DNA of 64,000 nucleotides from Bacteroidales bacterium (lineage in GTDB: Bacteria > Bacteroidota > Bacteroidia > Bacteroidales > 4484-276). Of the stretch, positions 8,620 to 19,220 are shown piece after piece; positions within the stretch are counted from its first letter, which is position 1; each line of letters begins with the position of its first letter. The stretch is taken from positions 60,489 to 124,488 of the forward strand of contig DAIRGA010000012.1 of the NCBI GenBank assembly GCA_036794825.1, in the 5' to 3' direction. Below the pieces are notes generated by a model. It was not told the DNA's origin. It made no database searches and worked only from the letters and a program-made list of their open reading frames with translations. Position numbers and translations under genes: made by a program.

Positions 8620-9495
8620 ATGAAGGTTTCCGGCTTCACGATCGTCAGAAATGGCCAGAAATTCGATTATCCTTTCATCGAATCCATCCGGTCGCTGCTT
8701 CCTTTGTGCGACGAGGTAATCGTTGCCGTTGGAAATTCTGAAGACGACACCCTCCTTATGGTTCAGGCCATCAGCTCCCCGAAAATCAGGATTATCCAAA
8801 CCATTTGGGATGATTCACTGCGCGAGGGCGGGCGCGTGCTGGCAGTGGAAACCGACAAAGCCAAAGCGGCTATTTCGCCGGATGCCGACTGGTGCATCTA
8901 TCTTCAGGCTGATGAAGTTCTTCACGAACAGGATTATCCCGAAGTGAGAAGCGCCATGGAGAAAAACCTGGCGGATAAGCGGGTTGACGGCCTTTTGTTC
9001 GATCATCTCAATTTCTACGGGTCTTTTGATTTCATTGCCGATTCGAGAAGATGGACCTACAAACAGATCAGAGTAATCCGAAATAATCCGGAAATTCACT
9101 CATTCCGCGATGCAATGAGTTTCAGGAAAAATGGCAAAAATCTGCTTGTGAAAAAGATCAATGCCACGGTTTATCATTACGGCTGGGTGAGAACACCCGA
9201 CGCCATGCAGAAAAAGCTCGAAACCTTCCAGAAACTCTGGCATAATGATGAGTGGATCGAGAAAAACGTACCTAAGGCCGACGAGTTCGATTACTCCAAA
9301 ATTGATTCGCTCTCGCACTTCAAAGGAACCCACCCCGAAGTGATGCACGAATGTATCCGGCGGATGAACTGGAAATTTTCGTTCGATCCCACCAAAGGAA
9401 TAAAACTCTCGCTCCGTTTGAGGATTTTAAACTGGCTTGAAAAAAAACACGGCATCGAGATCGGGAAGTTCAGGACTTACAGGATAATACGGTAA
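8620..9495 (+). CDS. Glycosyltransferase family 2
   Basis: N-terminal GT-A fold pattern (VSGFTIVRN...SEDDT), YLQADE DxD-like motif. Confidence 0.8.
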   Translation: MKVSGFTIVRNGQKFDYPFIESIRSLLPLCDEVIVAVGNSEDDTLLMVQAISSPKIRIIQTIWDDSLREGGRVLAVETDKAKAAISPDADWCIYLQADEVLHEQDYPEVRSAMEKNLADKRVDGLLFDHLNFYGSFDFIADSRRWTYKQIRVIRNNPEIHSFRDAMSFRKNGKNLLVKKINATVYHYGWVRTPDAMQKKLETFQKLWHNDEWIEKNVPKADEFDYSKIDSLSHFKGTHPEVMHECIRRMNWKFSFDPTKGIKLSLRLRILNWLEKKHGIEIGKFRTYRIIR

Positions 9496-9517
9496 CATTT
9501 ACGATTGATCGGTAAAG

Positions 9518-10363
9518 ATGGCTAAGGGAAAACAAAGAACTGAAAAGGAAATGACCTTCTGGGAGCATCTCGAAGAGCTGAGATGGCACCTGTTACGTGC
9601 TGTTGGCGCTGTGGTCATCCTGGCAATTGTTGCCTTTATCAGCAAGGATTTCATTTTCGACCAGATCATCCTTGCCCCGAAATCGGCCGATTTTGTTACC
9701 AATCGCTGGCTTTGCCAGGCCGGTAAATGGCTTGCAGAAAGGTTGTCATTTTTTTCAGCTTCTGCGCTCTGCATTGGCGATTTCGACCTGAAAATCATCA
9801 ACATCAATCTGGCCGGGCAATTTCTGATGCACTTCTACATCTCCATTTTTGCGGGGCTAATTGTTGCCATTCCTTTTGTCATCTGGGAGATCTGGAGTTT
9901 TATAAAACCTGCGCTTTATGAAAATGAACAGAAATACACCGGGGGTGCTGTAGTCTGGAGTTCACTACTTTTTATTGCCGGAATCCTCTTCAGCTATTTT
10001 CTTATCGTTCCGCTTTCGATTCTTTTCCTCGGAACTTACACGGTGAGCGATTCAGTTCAAAACCAGATTGCGCTTAACTCTTATGTCAGCACGGTAGTTA
10101 TGCTAACCTTTTCAATAGGTTTGGTGTTTGAGTTGCCGATTTTTGTTTACTTTCTTACCAAAGTGGGCATTATTACGCCATCGTTCATGCGAAGGAACCG
10201 CAAAATGATGATCGTTATAGTGTTAATCGTATCGGCCATTATCACCCCACCGGATATTTTCAGTCAGATTTTGGTAGCCATCCCCTTATTTGCTCTGTAC
10301 GAGCTGAGCATCCTTGTTTCTGACCGGATTCATAAAAAGCAGACGAAGGAAATTCCCGGATAA
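9518..10363 (+). CDS. tatC: Twin-arginine translocase subunit TatC
   Basis: EMTFWEHLEELRWHL, FIKPALY, FELP, ITPPD motifs; six hydrophobic segments. Confidence 0.96.
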   Translation: MAKGKQRTEKEMTFWEHLEELRWHLLRAVGAVVILAIVAFISKDFIFDQIILAPKSADFVTNRWLCQAGKWLAERLSFFSASALCIGDFDLKIININLAGQFLMHFYISIFAGLIVAIPFVIWEIWSFIKPALYENEQKYTGGAVVWSSLLFIAGILFSYFLIVPLSILFLGTYTVSDSVQNQIALNSYVSTVVMLTFSIGLVFELPIFVYFLTKVGIITPSFMRRNRKMMIVIVLIVSAIITPPDIFSQILVAIPLFALYELSILVSDRIHKKQTKEIPG

Positions 10364-10471
10364 TATTACTCTTCTTTTCTTTTGCTGTAGGGCATTCTGA
10401 AGGACGCCGGAAAAAATATTTTTATTTGTTATTTGTTTAACAAAAAATCGGTTTCGAGCCTGAATTATACC

Positions 10472-10479
10472 TATTTTTG
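10472..10479 (+). promoter_or_regulatory. Bacteroidota -7 promoter box (TATTTTTG)
   Basis: TAnnTTTG upstream of gcdH; candidate promoter of the gcdH-mce-mmd run. Confidence 0.5.
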
Positions 10480-10521
10480 CCGCAAATTTCATTTTAAATT
10501 AATCACTTAACACAATTGGCA

Positions 10522-11697
10522 ATGGCTTATCCTTACACACCTCCGGACTACTTCCTTTTGGATGAACTGCTCACCGACGAGCACAAGATCGTACGTTCTG
10601 CAATTCGCGACTGGGTTACCCGATCGGTTGTTCCTGTGATTGACGAAGCAGCACAAAAACATCATTTCCCCCGTCATTTTTTCAACGAATTAGGAGAAAT
10701 CGGCGCATTCGGACCGTTTATTCCGGTGGAATATGGCGGTGCCGGCATGGATTACATTGCCTACGGCGTTATCATGACCGAACTCGAGCGCGGCGACTCA
10801 GGCATACGCTCTACCGCATCGGTTCAGACTTCGCTGGTCATGTACCCGATTTATGAATTTGGGAGCGAGGATCAACGCAAGAAATACCTTCCCAAACTCG
10901 CCACGGGTGAATGGATTGGCTGCTTTGGCCTCACCGAGCCCAACCATGGTTCTGATCCCGGAAGCATGGAGACCCGCATTAAGGATATGGGCGATCATTA
11001 TCTACTCAACGGCGCCAAAATGTGGATCACCAACTCAAGTATCGCTGATGTGGCTGTGGTTTGGGCAAAAGACGAATCAGGCGTGGTTCGTGGTGTAATT
11101 GTGGACAAGGGAATGCCGGGATTTTCAGCTCCCGAAACCCACAATAAATGGTCGCTGAGAGCCTCCGTTACCGGCGAACTGGTTTTTGAAGATGTGAAAG
11201 TACCCAAAGAAAATCTATTACCCAATATCAAAGGCTTAAAAGGACCACTTATGTGTCTGAATTCCGCTCGTTATGGTATCGCATGGGGAGCCATTGGCGC
11301 TGCCATGGATTGCTACAACACTGCATTGCATTACTCCCTCGAGCGTAAACAGTTCCACAAACCGATTGCCTCATTCCAGCTGCAACAGAAAAAACTGGCC
11401 GAAATCCTTACCGACATTACTAAAGCGCAATTTCTCGTTTGGCGGCTTGGCTTGCTGCGGAATGAAGGAAGAGCTACGCCGCAGCAGATTTCGATGGCTA
11501 AACGCAACAACGTTGAGATGGCTCTGCGCTCGGCGCGCGAATCCCGCCAGATACTTGGTGCAATGGGTATCACCGGCGATTTTCCGATCATGCGCCACAT
11601 GATGAACCTCGAATCGGTAATCACCTACGAAGGAACCCACGATATTCACCTTTTAATCACCGGCGCCGACATTACCGGAATCTCTGCTTTTGTATAA
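10522..11697 (+). CDS. gcdH: Glutaryl-CoA dehydrogenase-like acyl-CoA dehydrogenase
   Basis: GCFGLTEPNHGSDP, LNGAKMWITN, ARYGIAWGAIGAA, ILGAMGI, C-terminal TYEGTHDIH typical of glutaryl-CoA dehydrogenases. Confidence 0.85.
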   Translation: MAYPYTPPDYFLLDELLTDEHKIVRSAIRDWVTRSVVPVIDEAAQKHHFPRHFFNELGEIGAFGPFIPVEYGGAGMDYIAYGVIMTELERGDSGIRSTASVQTSLVMYPIYEFGSEDQRKKYLPKLATGEWIGCFGLTEPNHGSDPGSMETRIKDMGDHYLLNGAKMWITNSSIADVAVVWAKDESGVVRGVIVDKGMPGFSAPETHNKWSLRASVTGELVFEDVKVPKENLLPNIKGLKGPLMCLNSARYGIAWGAIGAAMDCYNTALHYSLERKQFHKPIASFQLQQKKLAEILTDITKAQFLVWRLGLLRNEGRATPQQISMAKRNNVEMALRSARESRQILGAMGITGDFPIMRHMMNLESVITYEGTHDIHLLITGADITGISAFV

Positions 11698-11733
11698 AAT
11701 TAACCTGTTTAACAAGATTTTAAACCCGGAATC

Positions 11734-12135
11734 ATGAATATTTCACACATCGAACACATCGGAATCGCTGTTAAAAGCATAGAGGAGAGTATTCCTTACT
11801 ACGAAAATGTTTTGGGACTGAAGTGCTACGCCGTGGAAGAGGTGAAAGACCAGAAGGTGAAAACTGCTTTTTTCATGGTAGGTCAGACTAAATTAGAGTT
11901 ACTCGAATCTACTGATCCTGAGGGACCTATTGGCAAATTCATCGAAAAGCGCGGCGAAGGAATTCATCATATTGCATTTGCAACCGACGATGTTAATGCA
12001 GCGCTGGCGGAGGCTGATTCAAAAGGCGTTAAGTTGATTGACCAGCAATCCAGAAAAGGCGCCGAGGGATTAAACATTGGATTCCTGCATCCAAAATTCA
12101 CACAGGGTGTTCTTACCGAATTTTGCGGAAAATAA
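11734..12135 (+). CDS. mce: Methylmalonyl-CoA epimerase
   Basis: VOC fold with IEHIGIAV, EEVKDQKVKTAF, KLELLE, GEGIHHIAF, FLHPK...GVLTE. Confidence 0.95.
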   Translation: MNISHIEHIGIAVKSIEESIPYYENVLGLKCYAVEEVKDQKVKTAFFMVGQTKLELLESTDPEGPIGKFIEKRGEGIHHIAFATDDVNAALAEADSKGVKLIDQQSRKGAEGLNIGFLHPKFTQGVLTEFCGK

Positions 12136-12169
12136 GCATTTTCATATCAACCTCTAATTTGACTAACCA

Positions 12170-13729
12170 GTGAATAATCAGCAAAAACTTCAGAACCTCA
12201 TCGAGTTGCGCAAAAAAGCCCGTGAGGGAGGTGGAGAGGAGCGCATTGCCGACCAGCACAAAAAGGGAAAATATACTGCCCGAGAACGAATCGAGATGCT
12301 CCTCGACGAGGGCAGTTTTGAAGAATACGACATGTTCGTCACCCATCGCAGCACCGAGTTCGGAATGGCTGATAAAGTTTATCTCTCTGATGGGGTTATT
12401 ACCGGCCAGGGCACGATAGACGGCAGGGTCGTTTTCATTTTCTCTCAGGATTTTACCGTGTTTGGCGGCTCATTGTCCGAAACCTTTGCACAAAAGATAT
12501 GCAAGGTTATGGATAAAGCGATGAAGGTGGGCGCTCCGATCATCGGAATCAACGATTCGGGCGGTGCCAGAATCCAGGAAGGCGTGAAAAGTCTGGCCGG
12601 GTATGCCGAAATTTTCCAACGCAATATTCTTGCATCTGGAGTGATTCCACAGATTTCCGCCATTTTCGGACCTTGTGCCGGAGGAGCGGTGTATTCGCCG
12701 GCGCTCACTGACGTTGTGATCATGAGCGACAAAACCAGTTACATGTTCGTTACTGGACCAAAAGTCACCAAAACAGTAACCGGGGAAACCATTTCGGAAG
12801 AAGATCTTGGCGGCGCAACGGTGCATGCCACAAAATCAGGCGTCACGCATTTCAGGGCTGATGATGAGGATGAAGGAATTTTGCTGATCCGTAAAACATT
12901 GGAATACCTTCCGCAAAATAACCTCGAAGAACCAATTGTAACCGAATGCACCGATCCGATTGACCGCAGAGACGACATGCTCAACAGCATCATCCCCGAC
13001 AACACTGCCGAACCTTACGATGTAAAGGATATCATTTACACCATCGTGGATGACCGTGAATTCCTTGAATTTCACCGTCATTTTGCCAAAAATATTGTAG
13101 TGGGATTTGCCAAATTCAACGGGCAACCGGTTGGCATTGTGGCCAACCAGCCCAACTTCCTGGCCGGTGTGCTCGACATTGACGCTTCAAGAAAAGCAGC
13201 GCGGTTTGTAAGGCTTTGCGATGTTTTTAACCTGCCTGTCATTACTTTGGTAGATGTTCCCGGATTTCTGCCAGGAAGTACACAGGAATACGGCGGAATC
13301 ATCATCCATGGCGCCAAGCTCTTATTTGCCTATGGCGAGGCTACGGTTCCCAAAATCACTATCACGCTCCGGAAATCTTATGGTGGCGCTCACGATGTGA
13401 TGGGATCAAAACAACTGAGGGGCGATCTTAACTACGCCTGGCCATCGGCTGAGATTGCAGTCATGGGGCCAAAAGGCGCTATTGAGGTGCTCGAAGGGCG
13501 TAAGATCAAGGATTTTGCCACACAGGAGGAGGCAAATAAATTTATTGCCGAAAAAGAAGATGAGTACCGCAACAAATTCGCCAATCCTTATGAAGCGGCT
13601 AAGTACGGATACATTGATGATGTAATCGAGCCCCGCAATACCCGGTTCAGGATTATCAGGGCATTGCAGACCATGGCTACCAAGAAGGATACCCTCCCTG
13701 CCAAAAAACACAATAACATTCCACTTTAA
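12170..13729 (+). CDS. mmdA: Methylmalonyl-CoA decarboxylase alpha subunit (acyl-CoA carboxyltransferase)
   Basis: [55 protein letters not shown]; clustered with Na+-decarboxylase subunits; GTG start. Confidence 0.9.
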   Translation: MNNQQKLQNLIELRKKAREGGGEERIADQHKKGKYTARERIEMLLDEGSFEEYDMFVTHRSTEFGMADKVYLSDGVITGQGTIDGRVVFIFSQDFTVFGGSLSETFAQKICKVMDKAMKVGAPIIGINDSGGARIQEGVKSLAGYAEIFQRNILASGVIPQISAIFGPCAGGAVYSPALTDVVIMSDKTSYMFVTGPKVTKTVTGETISEEDLGGATVHATKSGVTHFRADDEDEGILLIRKTLEYLPQNNLEEPIVTECTDPIDRRDDMLNSIIPDNTAEPYDVKDIIYTIVDDREFLEFHRHFAKNIVVGFAKFNGQPVGIVANQPNFLAGVLDIDASRKAARFVRLCDVFNLPVITLVDVPGFLPGSTQEYGGIIIHGAKLLFAYGEATVPKITITLRKSYGGAHDVMGSKQLRGDLNYAWPSAEIAVMGPKGAIEVLEGRKIKDFATQEEANKFIAEKEDEYRNKFANPYEAAKYGYIDDVIEPRNTRFRIIRALQTMATKKDTLPAKKHNNIPL

Positions 13730-13739
13730 AGACAGCGTT

Positions 13740-14111
13740 ATGGTACTGAGTGAGATAACTTTCGATCTTTCAAGGATTACAGGATTGAGCATCATGATAT
13801 CGGTTGTCGGCTACCTGGTTGTATTCGTTGCACTGGTGGTTCTTGTGTGGATTTTCAATCTTATGCCATGGCTGATCAAAATCAACGTTCGCAGACAATT
13901 GCGGGCAAAAGGTAAATCCGATGATCATGAAATCAGCAATATCGAAGGAAATATTTCCGCGGCCATTGCCAGTGCTCTGTATCTGCATTTCAGCGACATT
14001 CATGATGATGAGAGCGGCGTCATAACCATCAAGCGGATTTCAAAACAATACACTCCCTGGAGTTCAAAAATCTATTCGACCAATTCATTTTTCAGATTAG
14101 CAAAGCGATGA
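13740..14111 (+). CDS. Na+-decarboxylase delta/gamma subunit (OadG family)
   Basis: Single N-terminal TM (GYLVVFVALVVLV), AAIASALYLH, HDDES, C-terminal PWSSK; position between alpha and biotin-carrier subunits. Confidence 0.85.
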   Translation: MVLSEITFDLSRITGLSIMISVVGYLVVFVALVVLVWIFNLMPWLIKINVRRQLRAKGKSDDHEISNIEGNISAAIASALYLHFSDIHDDESGVITIKRISKQYTPWSSKIYSTNSFFRLAKR

Positions 14112-14551
14112 AAAAATTCAAATTCTCGATCAAAGGGCATGATTACGATGTTGAAATCATGGGGTTTGAGGAAAAAATTGCGAAAGTGGAAGTAAACGGG
14201 ACCATTTATGAAGTTGAACTCCATCAGGAGGTGAAGCAGAGTAAAACCCCAAAACTCGTTCGCCAGGAAGTTGAAATCAAACGTCAGGATCACAAGATTA
14301 AAAAAACCATCACCAAAACCGGCGTTTTTGAAGTGAAAAGCCCGCTTCCGGGCAATATTCTGCAGATTTTCATTAAAGACGGCGACGTAGTGAAACTTGG
14401 GGACAAGCTACTCATATACGAAGCCATGAAGATGGAAAACACCATCCTCGCCGAAAAGGATGGAACAATCAGAAACCTGAAGGTTCATACCGGCGACAAT
14501 GTGCTGCAGGGTGAAACCCTGATGATCATTGAGTCGCCGACAACCACCTGA
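14108..14551 (+). CDS. mmdC: Biotin carboxyl carrier subunit
   Basis: EAMKMEN biotinylation motif, SPLPG; ATGA overlap with the preceding gene. Confidence 0.92.
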   Translation: MKKFKFSIKGHDYDVEIMGFEEKIAKVEVNGTIYEVELHQEVKQSKTPKLVRQEVEIKRQDHKIKKTITKTGVFEVKSPLPGNILQIFIKDGDVVKLGDKLLIYEAMKMENTILAEKDGTIRNLKVHTGDNVLQGETLMIIESPTTT

Positions 14552-14589
14552 TTTGCTGTGCGTTAAATTTTAACTCAACAAAAAATCCA

Positions 14590-15948
14590 ATGAAGAGATT
14601 GATTACCATAGCCGGCATAATTGTTTCCCTGACGCTGATCAGTACGATGTTTGTCAATACAAGCAAAAGCCAGCCGGTTAGTGATTCGGTTCAGCTCATT
14701 CAGAGTGAGTCCAATATGGATGCCCAGGCTGACGAGGAGTTTTTAGAAGAGATGGAAGAACAACAGGAGGCGGCATCCAAAGGTGTAATGAAGTTTTTGG
14801 ATTATACCGGGTTTGCCAATGTCACCAAAGGACACCTGATCATGATCCTGGTAGGGTTAATCTTTATTTACCTTGCCATCCGCTACGATTATGAACCGCT
14901 GCTTTTGATCCCGATCGGTACAGGAATCTTGATCGGTAACATCCCTTTTATGCTCGATGCGGGGCTTCAATTAGGGATTTATGAAAAGGGCAGCGTGATG
15001 AGTTACCTCTATTTTGGGGTAACCGCCGGGATTTATCCGCCTTTGGTGTTTTTGGGAATCGGCGCCATGACCGACTTCTCATCATTGATTTCCAATCCGC
15101 GTCTGATGCTTCTCGGTGCAGCCGCCCAGCTAGGCATCTTCGCCACCTTTATCGGAGCCCTGGTTCTTGGATTTTACCCCGCCGAAGCCGGTGCTATAGG
15201 CATTATCGGCGGCGCTGATGGCCCTACCGCAATTTTTCTATCATCCAAGCTGGCCAACGGGATCAATATATTGCCTGATGGAACAACCGTTAAGAATCTT
15301 ATCGGCCCTATTGCAATAGCTGCATATTCTTACATGGCGCTTGTTCCGGTAATTCAGCCGCCCATTATGCGGTTGATGACCACTCCGAAGGAACGGGTAA
15401 TAAGGATGAAACCACCGAGAGCCGTTACCAAACTTGAAAAAATTCTTTTCCCCATCATCGGACTGCTCATCACTACTTTTATCTCACCAAGTGCATTACC
15501 ATTGCTGGGGATGCTCTTTTTTGGCAATATCCTGAAAGAAAGCGGTGTAACCAAGCGTCTTGCCGACACTGCCAAAACATCCCTGATTGACATAGTCACA
15601 ATAATTCTCGGACTTACAGTTGGTGCATCTACTCAGGCTGATGTTTTCCTTACAGGCGAGTCAATTCTGATCTTTGTTCTGGGTGCTTTGTCGTTTATGG
15701 TGGCCACTGCCGGAGGAGTTGCTTTTGCCAAAGTGATGAATCTGTTTCTTAAAGAAGAAAATAAAATCAATCCGCTTATCGGTGCTGCCGGCGTTTCTGC
15801 TGTTCCTGACAGCGCCAGGGTGGTGCAGATCGAGGGTTTGAAATATGATCCTAAAAACCACCTGCTGATGCACGCCATGGCGCCCAACGTTTCGGGAGTT
15901 ATCGGATCGGCTGTAGCGGCTGGGATTCTGCTGAGTTTCCTGCTATAA
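14590..15948 (+). CDS. mmdB: Sodium ion-translocating decarboxylase beta subunit
   Basis: EPLLLIPIG, YPPLVFLGIGAMTDF, IGIIGGADGPT, AIAAYSYMALVPVIQPP, GVSAVP.SARV, HAMAPNVSGVIGSA. Confidence 0.95.
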   Translation: MKRLITIAGIIVSLTLISTMFVNTSKSQPVSDSVQLIQSESNMDAQADEEFLEEMEEQQEAASKGVMKFLDYTGFANVTKGHLIMILVGLIFIYLAIRYDYEPLLLIPIGTGILIGNIPFMLDAGLQLGIYEKGSVMSYLYFGVTAGIYPPLVFLGIGAMTDFSSLISNPRLMLLGAAAQLGIFATFIGALVLGFYPAEAGAIGIIGGADGPTAIFLSSKLANGINILPDGTTVKNLIGPIAIAAYSYMALVPVIQPPIMRLMTTPKERVIRMKPPRAVTKLEKILFPIIGLLITTFISPSALPLLGMLFFGNILKESGVTKRLADTAKTSLIDIVTIILGLTVGASTQADVFLTGESILIFVLGALSFMVATAGGVAFAKVMNLFLKEENKINPLIGAAGVSAVPDSARVVQIEGLKYDPKNHLLMHAMAPNVSGVIGSAVAAGILLSFLL

Positions 15949-16047
15949 TCCTTTGCTGACAGGCAAATGGAAAACTTTCGTTCCTTTTTGTCGAATTATT
16001 GAGCTTTTCCACAGAAAAGTTATTTTTGAAGCAAAAAAGGAAAAGAG

Positions 16048-16659
16048 ATGTTTATCATTGGGATTGCCGGGGGATCAGGCTCAGGAAAAACTACCGTTGT
16101 CAGAAATATCATACATGGCTTGCCGAAAAACTCGGTGGCGGTCATTTCGCAGGATTCTTATTATAAGGATAACGGACACCTGAGCGACGACGAAAAAAAA
16201 CGCATCAACTTCGACCATCCGGCCTCCATTGAGTTTGAGCTGCTCAACAAACACATCGACAAACTGATTGTAGGCGAACCTATTGCTAAGCCTGTATATG
16301 ATTATGTAACCTGCGGCCGCCTGGTCGAAACGATCCCGATTTTTCCCACAAAAGTAATAATCGTCGAGGGTATTCTGATCTTTACTAATGCTCGCCTGCG
16401 CAATAAATTCAACGTTAAAATATTTGTGGACGCCGACACCGACGATCGTTTGATGCGCATAATCCGCCGCGACCTGATTGAGCGCGGACGCTCGATAGAC
16501 GATGTGCTGGTGCATTACGAAACCTATGTAAAACCCATGCACCTCCAGTTTATCGAACCTACCAAACGTTACGCCGACATCATTGTTCCACAGGGCGGCG
16601 CCAACAGCGTGGCCATTGACATCCTGACATCAAGAATCAAAATGAAGCTCGGTGAGTAA
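16048..16659 (+). CDS. udk: Uridine kinase
   Basis: GIAGGSGSGKTT P-loop, QDSYY, NFDHP, IVEGILIF, VKPMHLQFIEPTKRYADII. Confidence 0.96.
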   Translation: MFIIGIAGGSGSGKTTVVRNIIHGLPKNSVAVISQDSYYKDNGHLSDDEKKRINFDHPASIEFELLNKHIDKLIVGEPIAKPVYDYVTCGRLVETIPIFPTKVIIVEGILIFTNARLRNKFNVKIFVDADTDDRLMRIIRRDLIERGRSIDDVLVHYETYVKPMHLQFIEPTKRYADIIVPQGGANSVAIDILTSRIKMKLGE

Positions 16660-16769
16660 TCAACTTTATGAAATACAGCCGCACTAATTTGCTATTTTTA
16701 TAATTGTGCTTTTAGAGATTTTACTAATAACAGCGTGGATTAAAATCCCTGCTGATCAAGGACTTACGA

Positions 16770-19199
16770 ATGGCTTTGGAAAACAGAATCAACATCCTGG
16801 TAGTTGACGACAAAGAGGAGAATCTGCTTGCTATTGAGGAGGTTCTTGATTCGCCGGACATCAACCTTGTGAAAGCCCTCTCAGGAAACGAAGCGCTGGC
16901 GCTGATGTTCGACTACGACTTTGCTCTTGTGCTGATGGATGTGCAGATGCCCGGTATGGATGGTTTTGAGGCAGCGCGCCTGATGCGCAGCTCATTGAAA
17001 ACCCGACATATCCCAATCATCTTTATCACCGCTATCAGCAAGGAAAAAAAACACATCTTCAAAGGTTACGACAGCGGAGCGGTAGATTATCTCTTTAAAC
17101 CCATCGAACCTGAAATACTTCAAAGTAAAGTCAACGTTTTCATTGACCTTTACAAGCAGAAAAACGCGCTCGAAGAGCTTACCCTGAAACTCGAAAACAC
17201 CATTTCGGAGCTGCTCCGCTCCAAGGAAAACCTTTCGCAGAGCGAACAAAAATACCGGGACATCTTTCAAAATGTGAATGAGGGCATTTTTGTAATGCGA
17301 TGGGGGAAAATCCTTTTTCACAACCCAAAAACCAGCATGATTTTGCTGGATAAAAAAGCCAATATCTGCCAAAAACCGTTCACCGGATTCATCCATTCTG
17401 ATTATAAAGAAATTATCCGTTCCAAATTCGAAAATAATTCCACTGGCGCCGGCAAAGGAAACCGGATTACCGTGAAAATTGACTCCGAAAAGGAGGAAAA
17501 CAAGTGGATCGAAATCAATGCGGTTACCATTGACTGGGAAAATGAGCCGGCGCTCCTGGTTTTTATCAGCGATGTTTCGGCGCGCAAAATAGCTGAAGCA
17601 GAGATGATTAATGCTAAAAAAGTGGCCGAAGATGCCAACCTGGCAAAGAGTCAGTTTCTGGCCAATATGAGCCACGAAATCCGCACCCCTCTCAACGGTA
17701 TTATAGGCATGGCCGAATTGATGCTAATGAGCGAGCACGAAGAGGAGCTTACGGATCGGATCGAAGCCATCAAAATTTCGGGCGAATCTTTGCTCGACAT
17801 CATCAACGACATTCTGGACCTCTCCAAAATCGAGGCGCATAAATTTGAAATGGATAATGTGGAGTTCTCGCTGCGGGATGTGATCGAAAAAATTACGCGC
17901 CCGCTGGCTGCAAAAGCTGCACAAAAAGGAATAGAGCTGATACTTGATATTGCCAACGACGTTGTAGACAATTACCGTGGCGACCCAGTGCGGTTGCGGC
18001 AAATCCTTTTCAACCTGGCCGGCAATGCAGTAAAATTCACCGAAAAAGGCGAAATCATCATCCATGTTTCGCTCGGGAAGAGCATCGAAAACAAAATACA
18101 ACTCAACTTTCGCGTAAAGGACACTGGAATTGGGATTCCTTTAAATCAGATGAGTAATCTGTTTAAACTTTTCAGCCAGGGCGACAGTTCCACATCGCGA
18201 AGGTTCGGTGGAACAGGACTTGGACTGGCAATTTCGAAAAGCCTGGTGGAGATGATGAACGGAACCATTGGTGTTACCAGCGATCCCGGAAAAGGTAGCA
18301 CTTTCCACTTCAGCATCTGGCTCGAATCCTCCATGCACCCGGCCAGACCTATTGTGTCGGTAATCAATCACCAAATCAAGGAAAAATATATTCTTCTGGT
18401 TGACGATAACCCGACTAACCGCAGCATAATCAAAGGCTTCCTGAGTTTTCACGGGATAAAATACGATGAGGCCGCAAGTGGAATTGAAGCCATCGAAAAA
18501 ATTTCTGCCCAGAAAAGAGCAAATCGCCCCTTCGACATTGTCCTTGTGGATTATCACATGCCCGGAATGGATGGCCTCGAAACCGCTCAGCTTCTGAAAA
18601 ATGATGAACACCTGAAGACGACTCCCGATTTAATCCTACTCTCATCCGACGATGTAAGCATCAAAAGGGAATCACTGGCCAGGCTTGGGTTCAGGAAGTA
18701 TTTGATAAAACCGGTATTCCAGGATGACCTGGTGAAAGCGCTCAATGAGATTACCGAAGCGAAAATTGAAAAACAGGAAGGAAAACAGGGAGAAAAGTCC
18801 GGTTGTGCAAAACTGGCTAAAAACCCTGTGGTTATTCTCCTTGTCGAAGATAATCTCATCAACCAGAAACTATTCTCTGCCATGCTCACCAATCTCGGCT
18901 GCATGGTTACCTGTGCTTCCAACGGACGTATTGCTGTTGAAAACTATTTGGCCAACGAATACGATCTGATATTCATGGATGTACAAATGCCTGAAATGGA
19001 CGGATTTGAAGCAACCATTCTTATCAGAGAAGAAGAAAAGAAAACCCGCAAAAACACACCGATTGTGGCGCTTACAGCCCATGCCATGAAAGGCGACAAA
19101 GACAGATGCCTCGAAGTCGGAATGGACGAATACGTCACCAAACCCATTACCATTAAGAGCATGCTCAATGTGCTGAACAAATTTAAACTGGTTGAATAG
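16770..19199 (+). CDS. Cytoplasmic hybrid histidine kinase (REC-PAS-HisKA-HATPase-REC-REC)
   Basis: N-terminal REC (LVVDD, MDVQMP), FLANMSHEIRTPL, NLAGNAVKF, DTGIG, GGTGLGL, two C-terminal RECs; no TM segment. Confidence 0.93.
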   Translation: MALENRINILVVDDKEENLLAIEEVLDSPDINLVKALSGNEALALMFDYDFALVLMDVQMPGMDGFEAARLMRSSLKTRHIPIIFITAISKEKKHIFKGYDSGAVDYLFKPIEPEILQSKVNVFIDLYKQKNALEELTLKLENTISELLRSKENLSQSEQKYRDIFQNVNEGIFVMRWGKILFHNPKTSMILLDKKANICQKPFTGFIHSDYKEIIRSKFENNSTGAGKGNRITVKIDSEKEENKWIEINAVTIDWENEPALLVFISDVSARKIAEAEMINAKKVAEDANLAKSQFLANMSHEIRTPLNGIIGMAELMLMSEHEEELTDRIEAIKISGESLLDIINDILDLSKIEAHKFEMDNVEFSLRDVIEKITRPLAAKAAQKGIELILDIANDVVDNYRGDPVRLRQILFNLAGNAVKFTEKGEIIIHVSLGKSIENKIQLNFRVKDTGIGIPLNQMSNLFKLFSQGDSSTSRRFGGTGLGLAISKSLVEMMNGTIGVTSDPGKGSTFHFSIWLESSMHPARPIVSVINHQIKEKYILLVDDNPTNRSIIKGFLSFHGIKYDEAASGIEAIEKISAQKRANRPFDIVLVDYHMPGMDGLETAQLLKNDEHLKTTPDLILLSSDDVSIKRESLARLGFRKYLIKPVFQDDLVKALNEITEAKIEKQEGKQGEKSGCAKLAKNPVVILLVEDNLINQKLFSAMLTNLGCMVTCASNGRIAVENYLANEYDLIFMDVQMPEMDGFEATILIREEEKKTRKNTPIVALTAHAMKGDKDRCLEVGMDEYVTKPITIKSMLNVLNKFKLVE

Positions 19200-19220
19200 C
19201 CACCTTCCAAATTGCTTATT

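Noticed and set aside
10522-11697. Non-decarboxylating glutaryl-CoA dehydrogenase feeding a glutaconyl-CoA Na+ pump as the default call
   Set aside because: It retains the TYEG tyrosine of decarboxylating enzymes, and the neighbouring mce and MmdA-like subunit indicate methylmalonyl-CoA; kept only as a lower-scored hypothesis
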